The notes under the pieces were generated by a model. It was not told the origin of the DNA, searched no databases, and saw nothing but the letters and a program-made list of their open reading frames with translations. 64,000 nucleotides of DNA, taken from NCBI RefSeq assembly GCF_006345805.1, contig NC_043022.1:22320001-22384000 (forward strand), given 5' to 3'. Each line of letters begins with the position of its first letter. Position 1 is the first letter of the stretch. Made by a program: the position numbers and the translations under genes. The stretch is from Octopus sinensis. Lineage: Eukaryota. Shown here in pieces: positions 25,762-39,227 of the stretch.

Positions 25762-25883
25762 CATATTTCTGAGGAAATACAATGATTTTTCTTTCAGTGA
25801 ACTTTGGAAAGATTTTTTGACTGGAAACTGTTGGTGCTGCCACCTACTGTTGCTTTCACAGTAAGAGAGGCAAAAAGACTTTA
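25762..25883 (-). CDS. Candidate phase 1-to-0 exon (VKSFCLSYCESNSRWQHQQFP...YFLRNM)
   Basis: Acceptor ctctcttctattccttag, donor ATG|GTAACA, open frame. Confidence 0.45.
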
Positions 25884-26080
25884 CTAAGGAATAGAAGAGA
25901 GGGTGAAGGTTCCTATTTCAGAGTTTATAATTTTATATATATTATTATTATGAGAGGTCTTTTCCTTATGAGAGCACATAAGAATTATAACCAATTTTTT
26001 TTCTTTTTAGGTGTCCTATTAGTTATAGATAATGCTATTTCACCTTTCTTATGCACTCCTCAGTACAACATAGTTGTATC

Positions 26081-26438
26081 TCTATATATATAAACGGCAA
26101 AATGTCTGTGTGTGTGTCCTTTATACAAATCCACAATTTTTCAGTTAGAGGGCTCGCACTTTCTATGGTCATTCAAAACCGTCCAAGGGTGGTCGTGCAC
26201 ATCTTTACATTTCCCCAGTCACTCCGCAAAGCGATTAAAAAGATCAATAGAAGTGACTTTTTGTGAATTTTCTATGCAAAACCTAATCAAAATGCTCGAA
26301 ACTTGATACGCCGATTGAATGCCAGCTAACTGTATGTGATTGGTCAGAGATTTGGACAGTACTCACATGTATGTGCACATGCACGCAGCTGTATATGCAT
26401 GCACGCAGCTGTATATGCATGCTGGGTCATAGTGCTAG
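26081..26438 (+). mobile_element. Non-autonomous Helitron-like element
   Basis: Starts TCTATATATATAAA and ends with half of a hairpin plus CTAG|T. Minus-strand copies at 43269-43631 (full hairpin) and 35582-35898 (truncated). Confidence 0.7.
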
Positions 26439-28559
26439 TCATTATTAAACCGGAAACATAAGTTGACATGAAAATTTGCTGGAAGGTTCTAATTTATTTT
26501 ACTTTTAAATAGGAAACTTGTATCACAGAATGAGGTGTAATCTCAAATGGGCTGGTGTCAAAATGATTAATGTGCAGGCACATGGCTTAGTGGTTAGAGC
26601 AGTGGACTTCCAGTCAAGGGATCGCGGGTTCGAATCTCAGACCGGAAGATGTGTGTGTTTATGAGCGAAACACCTAAGCTCCACGCGGCTCTGGCAGAAG
26701 GTAATGGCGAAACTTCTGCTGACTCTTTCGCCATAACTTTCTCTCACTCTTTCCTCCTGCATCTTGTAGCTCACCTGCGACGGACCAGCGTCCCGTCCAG
26801 GTGGGGAACCTATACGCCAAGGAAACCAGGAATCCGGCCCTTATGAGCCAGGCATGGCTCGAGAAGGAACAAACAAAATGATTAATAACACATTCCAGTC
26901 ATTCTTGCAAATATTATTTAAAACTGGAGTATCACATGATAACAAACATACCCAGAGGTGGGCATGTAGCCAAGGATGGGGGTGGGGTATGGCATGCTTC
27001 AGACACTTTAGGGACAACAGGTTGCTTTCATCATCTGAGGCTGCTAAAGAGGCTTTAGACTATTTCCTTTGATTTAGTGGTATGTGAAAACATGTAGGTT
27101 ATTAGAAACATGTGTGTGCACATGTGTACTATAGAACTGGTCAGTATTGAAAGCAATGCCTTCTTAATTTCCTATGGAGAAATAAACTGGAGACAAATTT
27201 ATGTGTGGGGGTGTGTCTAAAAGCATTGACTACTTTATCTCTGACAACAAAAATCTTCTAAGTACACATTTGTATGTGTGTGTGTGTGTGCATATACACA
27301 CACACACACACACACATATAGAGAGAGAGATTTACGGTACTGGTAATGCACACATACACATGTATATATACTCTTTACTCTTTTACTTGTTTCAGTCATT
27401 TGACTGCGGCCATGCTGGAGCACCGCCTTTAATCGAGCAACTCGACCCCGGGACTTATTCTTTTGTAAGCCCAGCACTTATTCTATTGGTCTCTTTTGCC
27501 GAACCGCTAAGTAACAGGGACATAAACACACCAGCATCGGTTGTCAAGCAATGCTAGGGGGACAAACACAGACACACAAACACACACACGCATATATATA
27601 TATATACATATATACGACGGGCTTCTTTCAGTTTCCGTCTACCAAATCCACTCACAAGGCTTTGGTTGGCCCGAGGCTATAGTAGGAGACACTTTGCCCA
27701 AGGTGCCATGCAGTGGGACTGAAACCAGAACCATGTGGTTGGTAAGCAAGCTACTTACCACACAGCCACAAACAGAGATGAAAATTGACAAGTCATTTTA
27801 TTCCCACCAATCAGGAATTATTATTGAGTTTGAGAATTCAGGAAAAAGGTAAGGAAAAATTTCCATCATTGGTATTTTGAGCTTACAATTTGAATTTTTC
27901 TGAAATATACATTCAGAAAGATTTTTTCATCTGAGAAAATTCACGGAATAATTTTTGTTTCTATTTGAACATATTTTCCAAAAGTTTATACCGAAATCTT
28001 TTTGTGTTTTATTAAAAAGGCACAAATCTGAAGAAATTGTCGAAAAAATTTGCTTGAACAGAAATCGCTTTGAGTTTAATTCATAAATACATAAATTTTA
28101 AGAAATTGTTACACTTACTATGATACTCTGCCTTAGAATTATTGCAGATTTCAGTGCTCACGCAAACTGTTTTGAAGCCACCCTAAGCATCAAAGTCTGG
28201 TAACAAACCCAAATACAGAACCAGAGTACTGACCCTAAAATTTATAAATTTATAAAGCTTGGTTTCTTATGCCACACACAACTCACTTTGTCGTTACATA
28301 TATATAAATCAGTATAAAGTGTTGGTTAAATCGTTTATATTCAACTGACATTAGTGTAAGATCACTCAACGAAGCATACCTTTAGGTCAGTGTACTATGG
28401 AGTGTTGGTATTATAATGAACTACTGCCAAAAAATGAACTGAAGCAATAATTCTTGAATTTTCAATTTGATTCATCTAATGCTAAACAGAAGGGAATTGC
28501 AAACAAAGAAGTTTCGCAGCTCAAGGAAGATAGTATCATTTTTGCTGTCTTTGATTCCC

Positions 28560-28757
28560 TCATTGGATGATCAGTGCAGCCAGTTCTAGCAAAGCTTGAT
28601 CCAAAGATTTATGGAAATCAGAAATGTGACTTCTTATCAAGGTCGTATACTGGCTGTCCATCCTTAGGGTATTTTCTTTCAAAGAAAGCCTTGTTTTGTT
28701 TTCCTTTAACACTTCTGCTCAAGTGGATACTTGCTTTATTAAAGATTGATATTCTAA
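28560..28757 (-). CDS. Candidate alternative terminal exon of the large gene (two open frames; see findings)
   Basis: Strong T-rich acceptor at 28758. Unique, repeat-free sequence continues to about 27780 with minus-strand AATAAA at 28008-28013 and 27797-27802. Confidence 0.45.
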
Positions 28758-31281
28758 CTGGTATCATGCAAAAAACAAAAAAAAAACAAGGTTTAAATAA
28801 GCATGCAAAAACTCTGCAGCCCATATCCAAGCTATGGTAACATAAAGGGAACACCAACAGCGTTTATCCATAACATCTGTCTTCAATTTTGCAAAATGAT
28901 CAATTGAGCAAAAATTGTAACTATATCAATCTAATTGTTGATATTCTTTACTCTCTTTTACTTGCTTCAGTCATTTGACTGCGGCCATGCTGGAGCACTG
29001 CCTTTAGTCGATCAAATCAACCCCGGGACTTATTCTTTGTAAGCCCAGTACTTATTCTATCGGTCTCTTTTGCCGAACCGCTAAGTGACGGGGACGTAAA
29101 CACACAAGCATCGGTTGTCAAGCAATGCTAGGGGGACAAACACAGATGCACAAACACCCCCCCCACACACACACGCATATATATACATATATACGACGGG
29201 CTTCTTTCAGTTTCCGTCTACCAAATCCACTCACAAGGCATTGGTCGGCCCGGGGCTATAGCAGAAGACACTTGCCCAAGATGCCACGCAGTGGGACTGA
29301 ACCCGCAACCATGTGGTTGGTTAGCAAGCTACTTACCACACAGCCACTCCTGCGCCTATATATTGTGCATTTTCTTTGGACAAACGAATTGCCTTTTTGA
29401 TGAATTGTAAATGAAGCTTTTGAGGATCATTATTTGAAAGGTGAGACGCAGCCTTGTGATCTTTTTATGAAATTATTCCAATACACATTAGAGAAAGACT
29501 CAAACCTAATGGAATGTTACAGCATGATTCCAAAGAATGTGACCTATACCTCAGCAGCAACACTGAAAAAAAAATGTTAAAAAAAACAGATTATCTCTCA
29601 CACTATGTGTAAATTTTACAGATCCATCTAAGCTAACCTGATAAAAATGGGAGCCAAATCAATCTTGAATCACACCCGGCCATCTTAAAACTGAAAAGGA
29701 GTCGTCAGAAAATGTACACTGAAGTATACCAACTAAAAAGACAGGATGGTCATACCTATTTCTTTACTACCCACAAGGGGCTAAACACAGAGAGGACAAA
29801 CAAGGACAGACAAACGGATTAAGTCGATTATATCGACCCCAGTGCGTAACTGGTACTTATTTAATCGACCCTGAAAGGATGAAAAGCAAAGTTGACCTTG
29901 GCGGAATTTGAACTCAGAATGTAGCGGCAGACAAAATACCGTTAAGCATTTTGGCCGGCGTGATAACGTTTTTGCCGGAACGCCGCCTTAAAATGGTCAT
30001 ACCTAGCCTCTGCTCACAACAGCAACAAATGAATCATTAGTCTTTAGTCCTTTGTCTTAAATATTTAGTCTTCTTAGATTCATTTTTAATCTTTAGTACA
30101 AAGACTTTAATTCTTAGTCCACCAGCCATTAATCCATCCAAGTTCACCATATGTGTCTTTGAGTTGCAAAGGTTCCCTTTGGTTTCTTTGACAAGTTTTT
30201 AATATTTTTTTATGAGAAGCCACTATCCCTTAGTTCAACCATTTCCTTCTTATCCAGGCTTGAGAGTAGCAGGTGTCCATTTCAATGACCAGGTGAAGAT
30301 ACAGATACTGATGGGAAGAGAGAGAGAGATCCCTCAGTATTATCGTCTTGTTTCATTAATCTCAGAAGGATCAAAGACAAAGTTGACCTCTCACAGGATC
30401 TGAACCTGTAATGTAAAAGCTAGAACAAAAACTACACAGGATTTGTGGAATGCTCTAACATGTTGGCCAGCCAATCACTTCCAATGAATAAAAAAGCCTA
30501 AAAGAGAGAAAACTAGAAGGAGAAGGAGAGGAATCAACCTGAACACAAGGAAGGAAAGCAAAGTTGACTTCACACAGAATTTGAACTCAGAACATGTAGG
30601 GCTGTAGCAAATATGGATTTCACATTTTGGCACAAGGCAAATTTCGAGGGAGGGGCTAAGTCAGTTAAATCAACTCCAGTGCTCAACTGGTACTTATTTT
30701 ATCAACCTTGAGAGGTTGAAGGGCATAGTCAATCTAAGTGGAATTTGAACTCAGAACATAAAGACAGATGAAATGCTGCTAAGCATTTTGCTTGGTATTT
30801 TACTTACTTACTTGTTTCAGTCATTTGACTGTGGCCATGCTGGAGCACCGCCTTTAGTCGAGCAAATCGACCCCTTATTCTTTGTAAGCCTAGTACTTTT
30901 TCTATCGGTCTCTTTTGCCGAACCGCTAAGTTACAGGGACGTAAACACACCAGCATCGGTTGTCAAGCAATGGTGGGGGACAAACACAGACACACACACG
31001 TATACATATATACATATATACAACGGGCTTCTTTCAGTTTCCGTCAACCAAATCCACTCACAAGGCTTTGGTCGGCTCAAGGCTTTAGTAGAAGACACTT
31101 GCCCAAGGTGCCACGCAGTGGGAATGAACCCGGAACTATGTGGTTGGTAAGCAAGCTACTTACCACACAGCCACTCCTGCACCTATATATATTATATATT
31201 TTTAGAATATATAATATATATATGGTGGTGGCGGCGGCGGCAGCAGCAGCTGAAGTAGTAGAGGCAGCAGCAGCAGCAGTA

Positions 31282-31336
<55 letters not shown>

Positions 31337-31378
31337 TGATAATAATGATGATAATAATAATAATGATGATGATTGATG

Positions 31379-31441
<63 letters not shown>

Positions 31442-32271
31442 GCTCTGATGCAGTACCAGGCAGTGGCTCTCATGGCTTCTGATCTTAACTGATTGGAAGT
31501 GTTATCATGTACATTGTTTTGTCTTGGTATAAAAGATGGGCTACAGCAAATATTCTGCTCAATACCACAGATTTGCTTGTCAGTTGTTTGACCGTAACCA
31601 GTTGAGCATGTCCCTTAGTGGCTGACGATATGTGCATCTCTGATCACGTGCAGAAGTAGTGGGGGAGCATCATAGCCATGTGTTGAGAAGGATTCTTTGG
31701 GGTTTGAATAATTCACCTCTGGAAACATGGGTGTTTCGTTCAACGTCCTTAAACAACCCTTATTCAGGGACCTTTTGAGCGGGTGGGTTACTCAACCTCA
31801 AGAAAATTCTAACTGGGCCCCACCTGCAAAGTCATGTGCTGTTTATCTTGATATAAGATCATCATGTCGCGCACATATGGTTGTGATGCATGTGCCTGGT
31901 GTACCCTTATCAGACGGGTAGTCATGATGGGTATACTGGGCTTCGTATATTTTACCCCAGTGTCACTTTGATGGCATGCTCTGCTCGCTCACTCAATAAT
32001 AATAATAATAATAATAATAATCCTTTCTACTATATGTACAAACCCTGAAATTTTGTTGGGGAGGGATTGATTACACTGGCCCCAGTACTCAACTGCTACA
32101 TATTTTATCAACCTGAAAGGTTGAAAGTCTAAGTCGACCTCGGTGGTATTTCAACTCAGAACATAAGGATGGGCAAATTGCTACTAAACATGTTACCTGG
32201 CATGCTAATGATTCTGCCAGTTCACTGCTTTAGCTAGGACCAAGCATGCAAGCAATTTCTCCAACATGAAT

Positions 32272-32690
32272 ATTTGTCTTATGAAGAAAGGCTGAAGATG
32301 CTCGACCTTTATTCTCTAGAAAAACGCCACCGCCGTTGTGATCTCATTCTTGCTCACAACATCATAAGCAGAAAGTGTAACCTCTCGAAAGAGCTGTTCT
32401 TCACTCCTGCTCCAGAGCGTCAGCTGCGGGGTCACTCCGAAAAGCTCTATCTGCGACGATTTCATCTCAATCGAAGAAGAGGGGCTTTCTCCGTCCGGGT
32501 TGCAGATCTGTGGAATAAGCTGCCGGACGAGAAAGTGAAGATGTCGACGACTGCTTGGTTCAAAGTCTCTCTTGACCAGAAATGGCCTGAACTCTTTGCA
32601 TGAACACCCTCCCTGTACATAACTCCATGTCCCCCTACATGGCCTTGCTTTTTGCTTTTTGAGTCAAAAAATTAACTAACTAACTAACTA
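32272..32690 (+). mobile_element. CR1-type LINE 3' fragment, family B
   Basis: YEERLKMLDLYSLEKR...LRGHSEKL...FSVRVADLWNKLP, (TAAC)n tail; copies at about 45470-45945 and 47650-47900. Confidence 0.85.
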
Positions 32691-32793
32691 ACATTTCAGT
32701 TAATTAACCATCTTCAAAAATTAAAAAGCCAAAAAGAGAATGAGAGAGAGACAGACAGACAGACAGAGACAGACAGAGAGAGAAAATATTTAC

Positions 32794-33064
32794 CTAACAT
32801 TTTTGGAGTGTCTGATAGATATCCACTGTCTGGAGAACAACCTGATTGTAAGGTAAGCCCTGTCTCTGATGTCTTCTTTGACAAAGAGGGAGAAGATCTG
32901 TCAACAACTTTACTGCCTGAATTTGAACTTTCAGCACCTTTCTGGGGTGTTTTCTTTAAAATGGGATTGCCAACCTTCTTTGAGGCATATGCATTTTGAG
33001 ACTGTCCTACTTTCGACACTGGGGTCGTATTCAAGGAGACAAAACTCCAGTGCTTCGCCGGTTG
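32794..33064 (-). CDS. Large gene exon, Ser/Lys-rich (QPAKHWSFVSLNTTPVSK...SDTPKML)
   Basis: Acceptor tttttgtttgttgtag, donor TAG|GTAAAT; 90 open codons, phase 0 to 1. Confidence 0.8.
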
Positions 33065-34270
33065 CTACAACAAACAAAAAGATATAAATCTGCTATATGC
33101 AATTGAGTTGGTACTTTCTTAAAACAGCCAGCTATGTACCATATTTAATGTATATGAAGGGGTGCTAAAAAGTTCCTGGTGTCGGGTGAAAGAAAATACA
33201 GGAGGATCAGTTAATTATGATTTTACATGTTGCTCTCTCAGATTCACACACTTATTGCAGGAACAAAACCCTTACATTAACCTTTAGCATGCTGAAGGTG
33301 AAGTTTTCTCCCCTCTCAATGTGATACCACATGCCTGAAGCACGAACAATTATGGTGGTGCCATGAAGTAAACAAGCTTCAGGTACACTTGTTTATTCAA
33401 ACAAATGTAACTGAGATGAAATATGTCATAAATAACAGTGACAAACGAATATACACCACTGGAAGTTGTTGTTGACAAACAACAGCAGTAATTTTATTCA
33501 GCTGAATACACGTCATTGATTGGTTGAAATTACCGAAATACAACTTTAACAAAAAATAACTTCCAAAATATAGAATTTTCTCAACAACGCCAAGAGTAAA
33601 AGATGTTTTATGTGACACATTCTACAAGTATACGGAGTTTGAAAGTGTTTAGTTACAAAAAATTATTTTTTTAATCTGTCGGTCAAAAGGTAAAGTATTT
33701 TCATTAAAATTTTTTAAATATTACTTATTAAAAAGCAGTAATGACATAAAACAATGAAGAAATTTTGTTTTTAAATCAAGGAAATTTATATTAATTCTCC
33801 TTTTTAATTTTATTTTAGAAATTTACATGATGGGGTTTATAAGTTTCCAATGATTCCATGAAGGAACCAATAACAGAAATCTTTTTGACTCATCTTAGAA
33901 AGCCTATTAACCCATATATACCCCTGGTTGCATTTTCACAACTCAAAACCTGCTCCTGCTTGTTTGGATATGAACTCACTGGGAACCATCTGACTGAGCA
34001 TATGAAATGTTCAGTCGGTTGTCAACACTCGTAGCTAAAATTTGCATAATGTCCTCTTCCAGATTGTGAAAGCTTATCATACATTTTAGGGAACTGTTTT
34101 TTAACTTTATAAAAATTGTTTACAGCCATGTCATTTCTTATAGATTTAGTATTTTAACTCTGTCAGTAAGGTGTTTTACCACATAGTTTTGAAATATTTC
34201 GATTTTGAAATTACGGAGATGTACTTGCATAGCGAGTGACTTGATCTGAGATCGTGTGCTGGAACGAAAA

Positions 34271-34497
34271 CAATTGCAGCGTGGAAGGTGTTTATAAGCC
34301 ATTGAAGAAACACACAAAATCATTAGATTCACTTCAACATTTAAATTTAATTTAAATGCAGCACGAAGTTTTGTCTGAACAGGTCGTGGTCTCAAAGCGA
34401 CGAAAATATTTTGACAAATAAATTTAAATGTTGAAGTGAATCTAACGGTTTTGTGTGTTTCTTAAATGGCTTATAAACACCTTCCACACTGTAATTG
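34271..34497. mobile_element. MITE with about 80-bp terminal inverted repeats
   Basis: Arms 34271-34349 and 34419-34497 are reverse complements with few mismatches. Confidence 0.75.
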
Positions 34498-34739
34498 ATT
34501 TTGAAATTGTTTTCAGACAAGGAAACATATATAATCATATACAAGTGCAGAGTAGGGACAAATAAATGTGATGTACTTTAACTATTTATCAAACTGTGAA
34601 GTTTTAATTGGTAGCACAAACCTAAAATAAGGCCTAGTATTATATTACAACTTCCCAAGATCTACAAGCTATAGGCTTCAACTTGCCCCTACTTATTACA
34701 TAAGGCATACAGCATATGGTGGAAAGTAAAATTACTTAC

Positions 34740-34768
34740 TGGTGGTTTTCTGATCCAGGGTGAGTAAT
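34740..34768 (-). CDS. Large gene, 29-nt micro-exon (DYSPWIRKPP)
   Basis: Acceptor ttttatttttctttatag, donor CCA|GTAAGT; phase 1 to 0. Confidence 0.75.
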
Positions 34769-34944
34769 CTATAAAGAAAAATAAAATATTTGTTATAGAA
34801 CTTGGTAGAACAAGTTGTTTAATGGTTCAATATTGGTTTTGATTGGGTTAGTGTTGGCTACGACTGGACAGTGGCTGGATTACAGTTTGGTTGTAACTGG
34901 ATTGTGGTAAAATTACTATTGGTTATAGCAGGATTGTGGTTGTG

Positions 34945-35374
34945 GGATCTTTTTGGTTTGAACGGCAGTTTTTTCTAGCGGTGTCATATGAAATTGTCAC
35001 CCATAATTATGACCCTAGTATCAATCTATTGCATTTCAATCTGTTTTAGGGTTAGGGTTAGAGTTAGGGTTAGGGGTGGGGGGAAGGGTATCTTTTCTTC
35101 TTCACAAATGTAAATAAACCCAATCTGTTTCTTAAACGAGGCACATATTCATACGGCACAGAATGGTTTCACCTCAATAGACGTCATTGATTGGTTGAAA
35201 TTGCAGAAATTGAAGCAAAAAAACAACAAATATCTTACAAACTATAGAATTTTTTTCAATGAAGCCAAGAGAAAATGATGTTTTATAAACACATTCTGCC
35301 AGTATACAAAGTTTAAAAGTGTTTAGTTACGTGGAAATTATTTTAAAAAACTGCCGGTCAAACCAAAAATATCC
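34945..35374. mobile_element. Merlin-like MITE
   Basis: Same TIR; TSD TGGTTGTG / TGATTGTG. Confidence 0.8.
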
Positions 35375-36990
35375 TGATTGTGTTTATATTAGAACAGCAT
35401 TGCAACTGGATTAATGTTAGTTATACAAAGACTGAGATTGTGGTAGTATTAACTGATCTGTGATTGGATTATAGTTGGCTATAATTGAATTGTGATTGGA
35501 TATCTATTGGTTACAAGTAAAGTGACTGGGTTAGTGTTAGTTATAAACTGGACTATGATATAGTTCCTCTTTATTTATTCAATATACAGCTGCGTGCATG
35601 CGCACATACACGCGAGTGCTGTCCAAATCTCCGACCAATCGCATACAGCTAGCTGGCATTCAATTGGCGTATCAAGTTTTGGGCATTTTGATTGGGTTTT
35701 CGATAGAAAATTCACAAAAGAGTCACTTCTATTGATTTTTTTAATGGCTTTGCGGGGTGACTGGGGAAATGTAAAGATGTGCACGACCACCCTTGGACGG
35801 TTTTGAATGACCATAGAAAGTGCGAGCCCTCTAACTGAAAAATTGTGGATTTGTATAAAGGACATGCACACAGACATTTTGCCGTTTATATATATAGATA
35901 TTACTATCATTGGGTTACTACTGTGAGTTGCCTTTTAGTCAGGTGAGACAGGCTCTTTACAAAACCTCTGAGACAGGTGGGACAGAGGAAGGAGGACAGT
36001 ATCCTCAAACGAGAGACTTTTCTTGAATACTTATAACAGAATGGACTTCCCTAAACACACCTAAGAATTAGATGGTGGTGTTCAACTGGGTAATGAATTA
36101 TCTACCACCCACATAAGACATAGTGGAATTAGAACTTGGAATACAAAGAGCCAGAATAAATACCATCAGGGGTCTCCTCTAATGAACTAACACTTCCATC
36201 AATCCACAACTTTAAACTTTACTTATCAATCCTGTAGGAATGATATTCAAAGTTGACCTCAGTAAGATTTGAACTCAGAATGCAAAGTGCTAGAATAAAC
36301 ATTGCAAGGTAATTCATCCAACACACCAATGGTTCTGTAAATTTCCACCTTATTATAATATAATATAATGAAATTATTGTATACAGTGCTCAGGTGCACC
36401 ACAACTTGTCAAACAGTGCATATAAAGTATATGCAGTAATGTACAAATGTCTGGAAAGTGAACAGTGTATGAGTCAGATACATGCTTGCGTGTGTATGGA
36501 GGGGAGAAAATCAGGTGTAGTGTTGGCGAATCTTAGGAAGCATGGAAGTTTTGAAGGATGCAGTGCTCCGACAACTAACAACTGATGCCGGCAGTCTGTT
36601 CCATGCTTCAGCAACTCTTAGCGTGAAAAAATGCTTCCAAAAGTCATGGGAGCTGTGCTGTTTTCTGACTTTGTAAACATGTCCACGGGTGTTAGACAGG
36701 TGGAGTTTGAAAAGGTGCTCAGAGTTATTGTTAATAAGATGGTTAATAATTTTATGGGTGTCTGCCAAGTCAGCTGCCAGATGTCAGTAATCAGATTAAG
36801 ATTAAGTGGAAAATGATTACATCAGTCTCAGTTACAGATGGACAGACGTTGGGTCACACTTTGTTATAACTGAACTTGTTTAATCAAAAGCAAGACCATA
36901 ATTTAAATTTTTAGCGATGTCACTTACAACAGATATTTTATGCAGAGATGATTATTTCATCATCATCATCAACAACATTTAACATCTGCT

Positions 36991-37412
36991 GGATCTTTTC
37001 GGTTTGAACGGCAGTTTTTAACATAATTTCTAGGTAACTAAAAAATTTTAAACTTCGTATACTGGTAGAATGTGTTTATAAAACATCTTTTTCTCTTGGC
37101 TTTATTGAGAAAATTTTATTGTTTGTAAGATATTTGTTGTTTCTTTCTTCAATTTCTACAATTTCAACCAATCAATGACGTGTATTGAGGTAAAAAACAT
37201 TCTGTGCTGTATGAATATGTCCCTCGTTTAAGAAACAGATTGGGTTTATTTACATTTGTGAAGAAAAAAAGATACCCTTCCCCCCACTCCTAATCCTAAC
37301 CCTAACCCTAAAACAGATTGAAATGCAATAGATCGATACTAGGGTCATAATTATGGGTGACAATTTCATATGACACCACTAGAAAAAACTGCCGGTCAAA
37401 CTGAAAAGATCC
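36991..37412. mobile_element. Merlin-like MITE (opposite orientation)
   Basis: Same TIR; TSD CATCTGCT. Confidence 0.85.
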
Positions 37413-39227
37413 CATCTGCTTTCCATGCTGTCCTGGACTGGACAGCTTGACAAGAAGTAGTAAGACCAGGGGCTACACCAGGATTCCACAGTCTGTTTTG
37501 GTTTGGTTTCTATGGCTTGATTCCCCTTCCAAATGCCAACCACTTTACAGTGTGTACTGGGTGCTTTTTATGCGGCACCAGCACCAGTGCTTTATACATG
37601 GAACTTTGATTTTAGGATCTCAATTCTGTTGTAGTAAAAAACAGCCAAATAGATATGCAGCTAATTATCATCATTGTGTATATTGTATGTGCTCAAGCCT
37701 TCTGTCAGTCATTCAAATGCTGATCTGTCTATAAGTTATAACTGGACTGTGATTGCATTAGTGTTGCTTATAACTGAACTGTGATTGGAATAGTGTTGGT
37801 TACAGCTGGTGTGATGAGTGTTTTCTTACCAATTCTTTACTTCTTTCTACTACAAGTACAAGAATTTTTACTCTAACAGACCTCAGTAATTTTTTTCTTT
37901 TTAAAGCCTGGTAATTATTCTATCGGTCCCTTTTTGCCATGTTGCTGTTACAGGAGAATCAGCAACCCAGCACTGGTTGTCAAGCGATGGGAGTGGGGGA
38001 CAAATACTAAAACACACACACACATATCTATATCTAACTGGGAACTCCACCAGTTACAACAGTTGATCCAACCAAAGGAACAACCTGCTCATGAAAATAA
38101 TGTACAAGTGGCTGAGCACTCCACAGACAAATATACCCATAATGTAGTTCTCAGGGAGATTCAGCATGACACAAATCCGTGCCGGTGGCACGTAAAAAGC
38201 ACCAATCCGATCGTGGACATTGCCAGCCTCACCTGGCACCTGTGGCGGTGGCACGTAAAAAGTACCCACTACACTCTTGGAGTGGTTGGCGTTAGGAAGG
38301 GCATCCAGCTGTAGATACACTCCCAAATCAGGCTGGAGCCTGGTGCAGCCTTCTGGCTTCCCAGATCCCCGGTCGAACCATCCAACCCATGCTGGCAAGG
38401 AGAACAGACGTATGATGATGATGACAACTCATTTTCAGCAGCTGAGTGGACTGGAGCAATGTGAAATAAAGTGTCTTCTTCAAGGACACAATATGCTGCT
38501 GAATACCCTAACCATTAAGCCACGCACGCTCTATATCTATCTATTTATCTAACACAAACACAATCCTATTGTAATCAACAGTTATTTAATTACAGTCCAG
38601 TTATAGCCATGGCTACAACTTTGGTGTAGGTATACGAGAACACTTGATGGTCATCAACAGAATGCTTTGGATGATCATGACTAACCTGAACATTAAAGAT
38701 GAGCAACAGCAACAGTGGAGGCGCAATGGCCCAGTGGTTAAGGCAGCGGACTCGCGGTCGGAGGATCGTGGTTTCAATTCCCAGACTGGGCATTGTGTGT
38801 GTTTATTGAGCGAAAAACACCTAAATCTCCATGAGGCTCTGGCAGGGGTGGGGTGGGGTGGCGACCCCTGTTGTACTCTTTCGCTCCAACTTTCTCTCAC
38901 TCTTTCTTCCTGTTTCTTGTCCCCGACTTCCTAAGCAACCACTGAGCCTGGATATGCATTCATCCAGCCGTCGATGCTCTCAGTGTCGGGGGTTGACCTG
39001 CTTTCTCTTCTGCGGGTCTTACAAATAGCAAAGGACCACGTTTCGGACTTCTCCCACTACAGAGGCGCGATCTTGCGAGCTCTGGGACGAAGACTGCTTC
39101 GCTCAACAGCAACAACAACAACACTCTAGCACACACACACAATACCATTCAACTGCAGCAATAGGTAATCAAAGGAGTCTATAAAAGGAAGGTGACAAGG
39201 TGTAAAGATAAAAGTTCCATGCCATAC

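Noticed and set aside
27811-27849. Small plus-strand exon (acceptor plus GTAAGG donor)
   Set aside because: It is isolated, with no compatible plus-strand exon chain.
33968-34035. Minus-strand exon candidate with a GTGAGT donor
   Set aside because: Phase 1 to 2 is incompatible with the flanking phase-0 junction.
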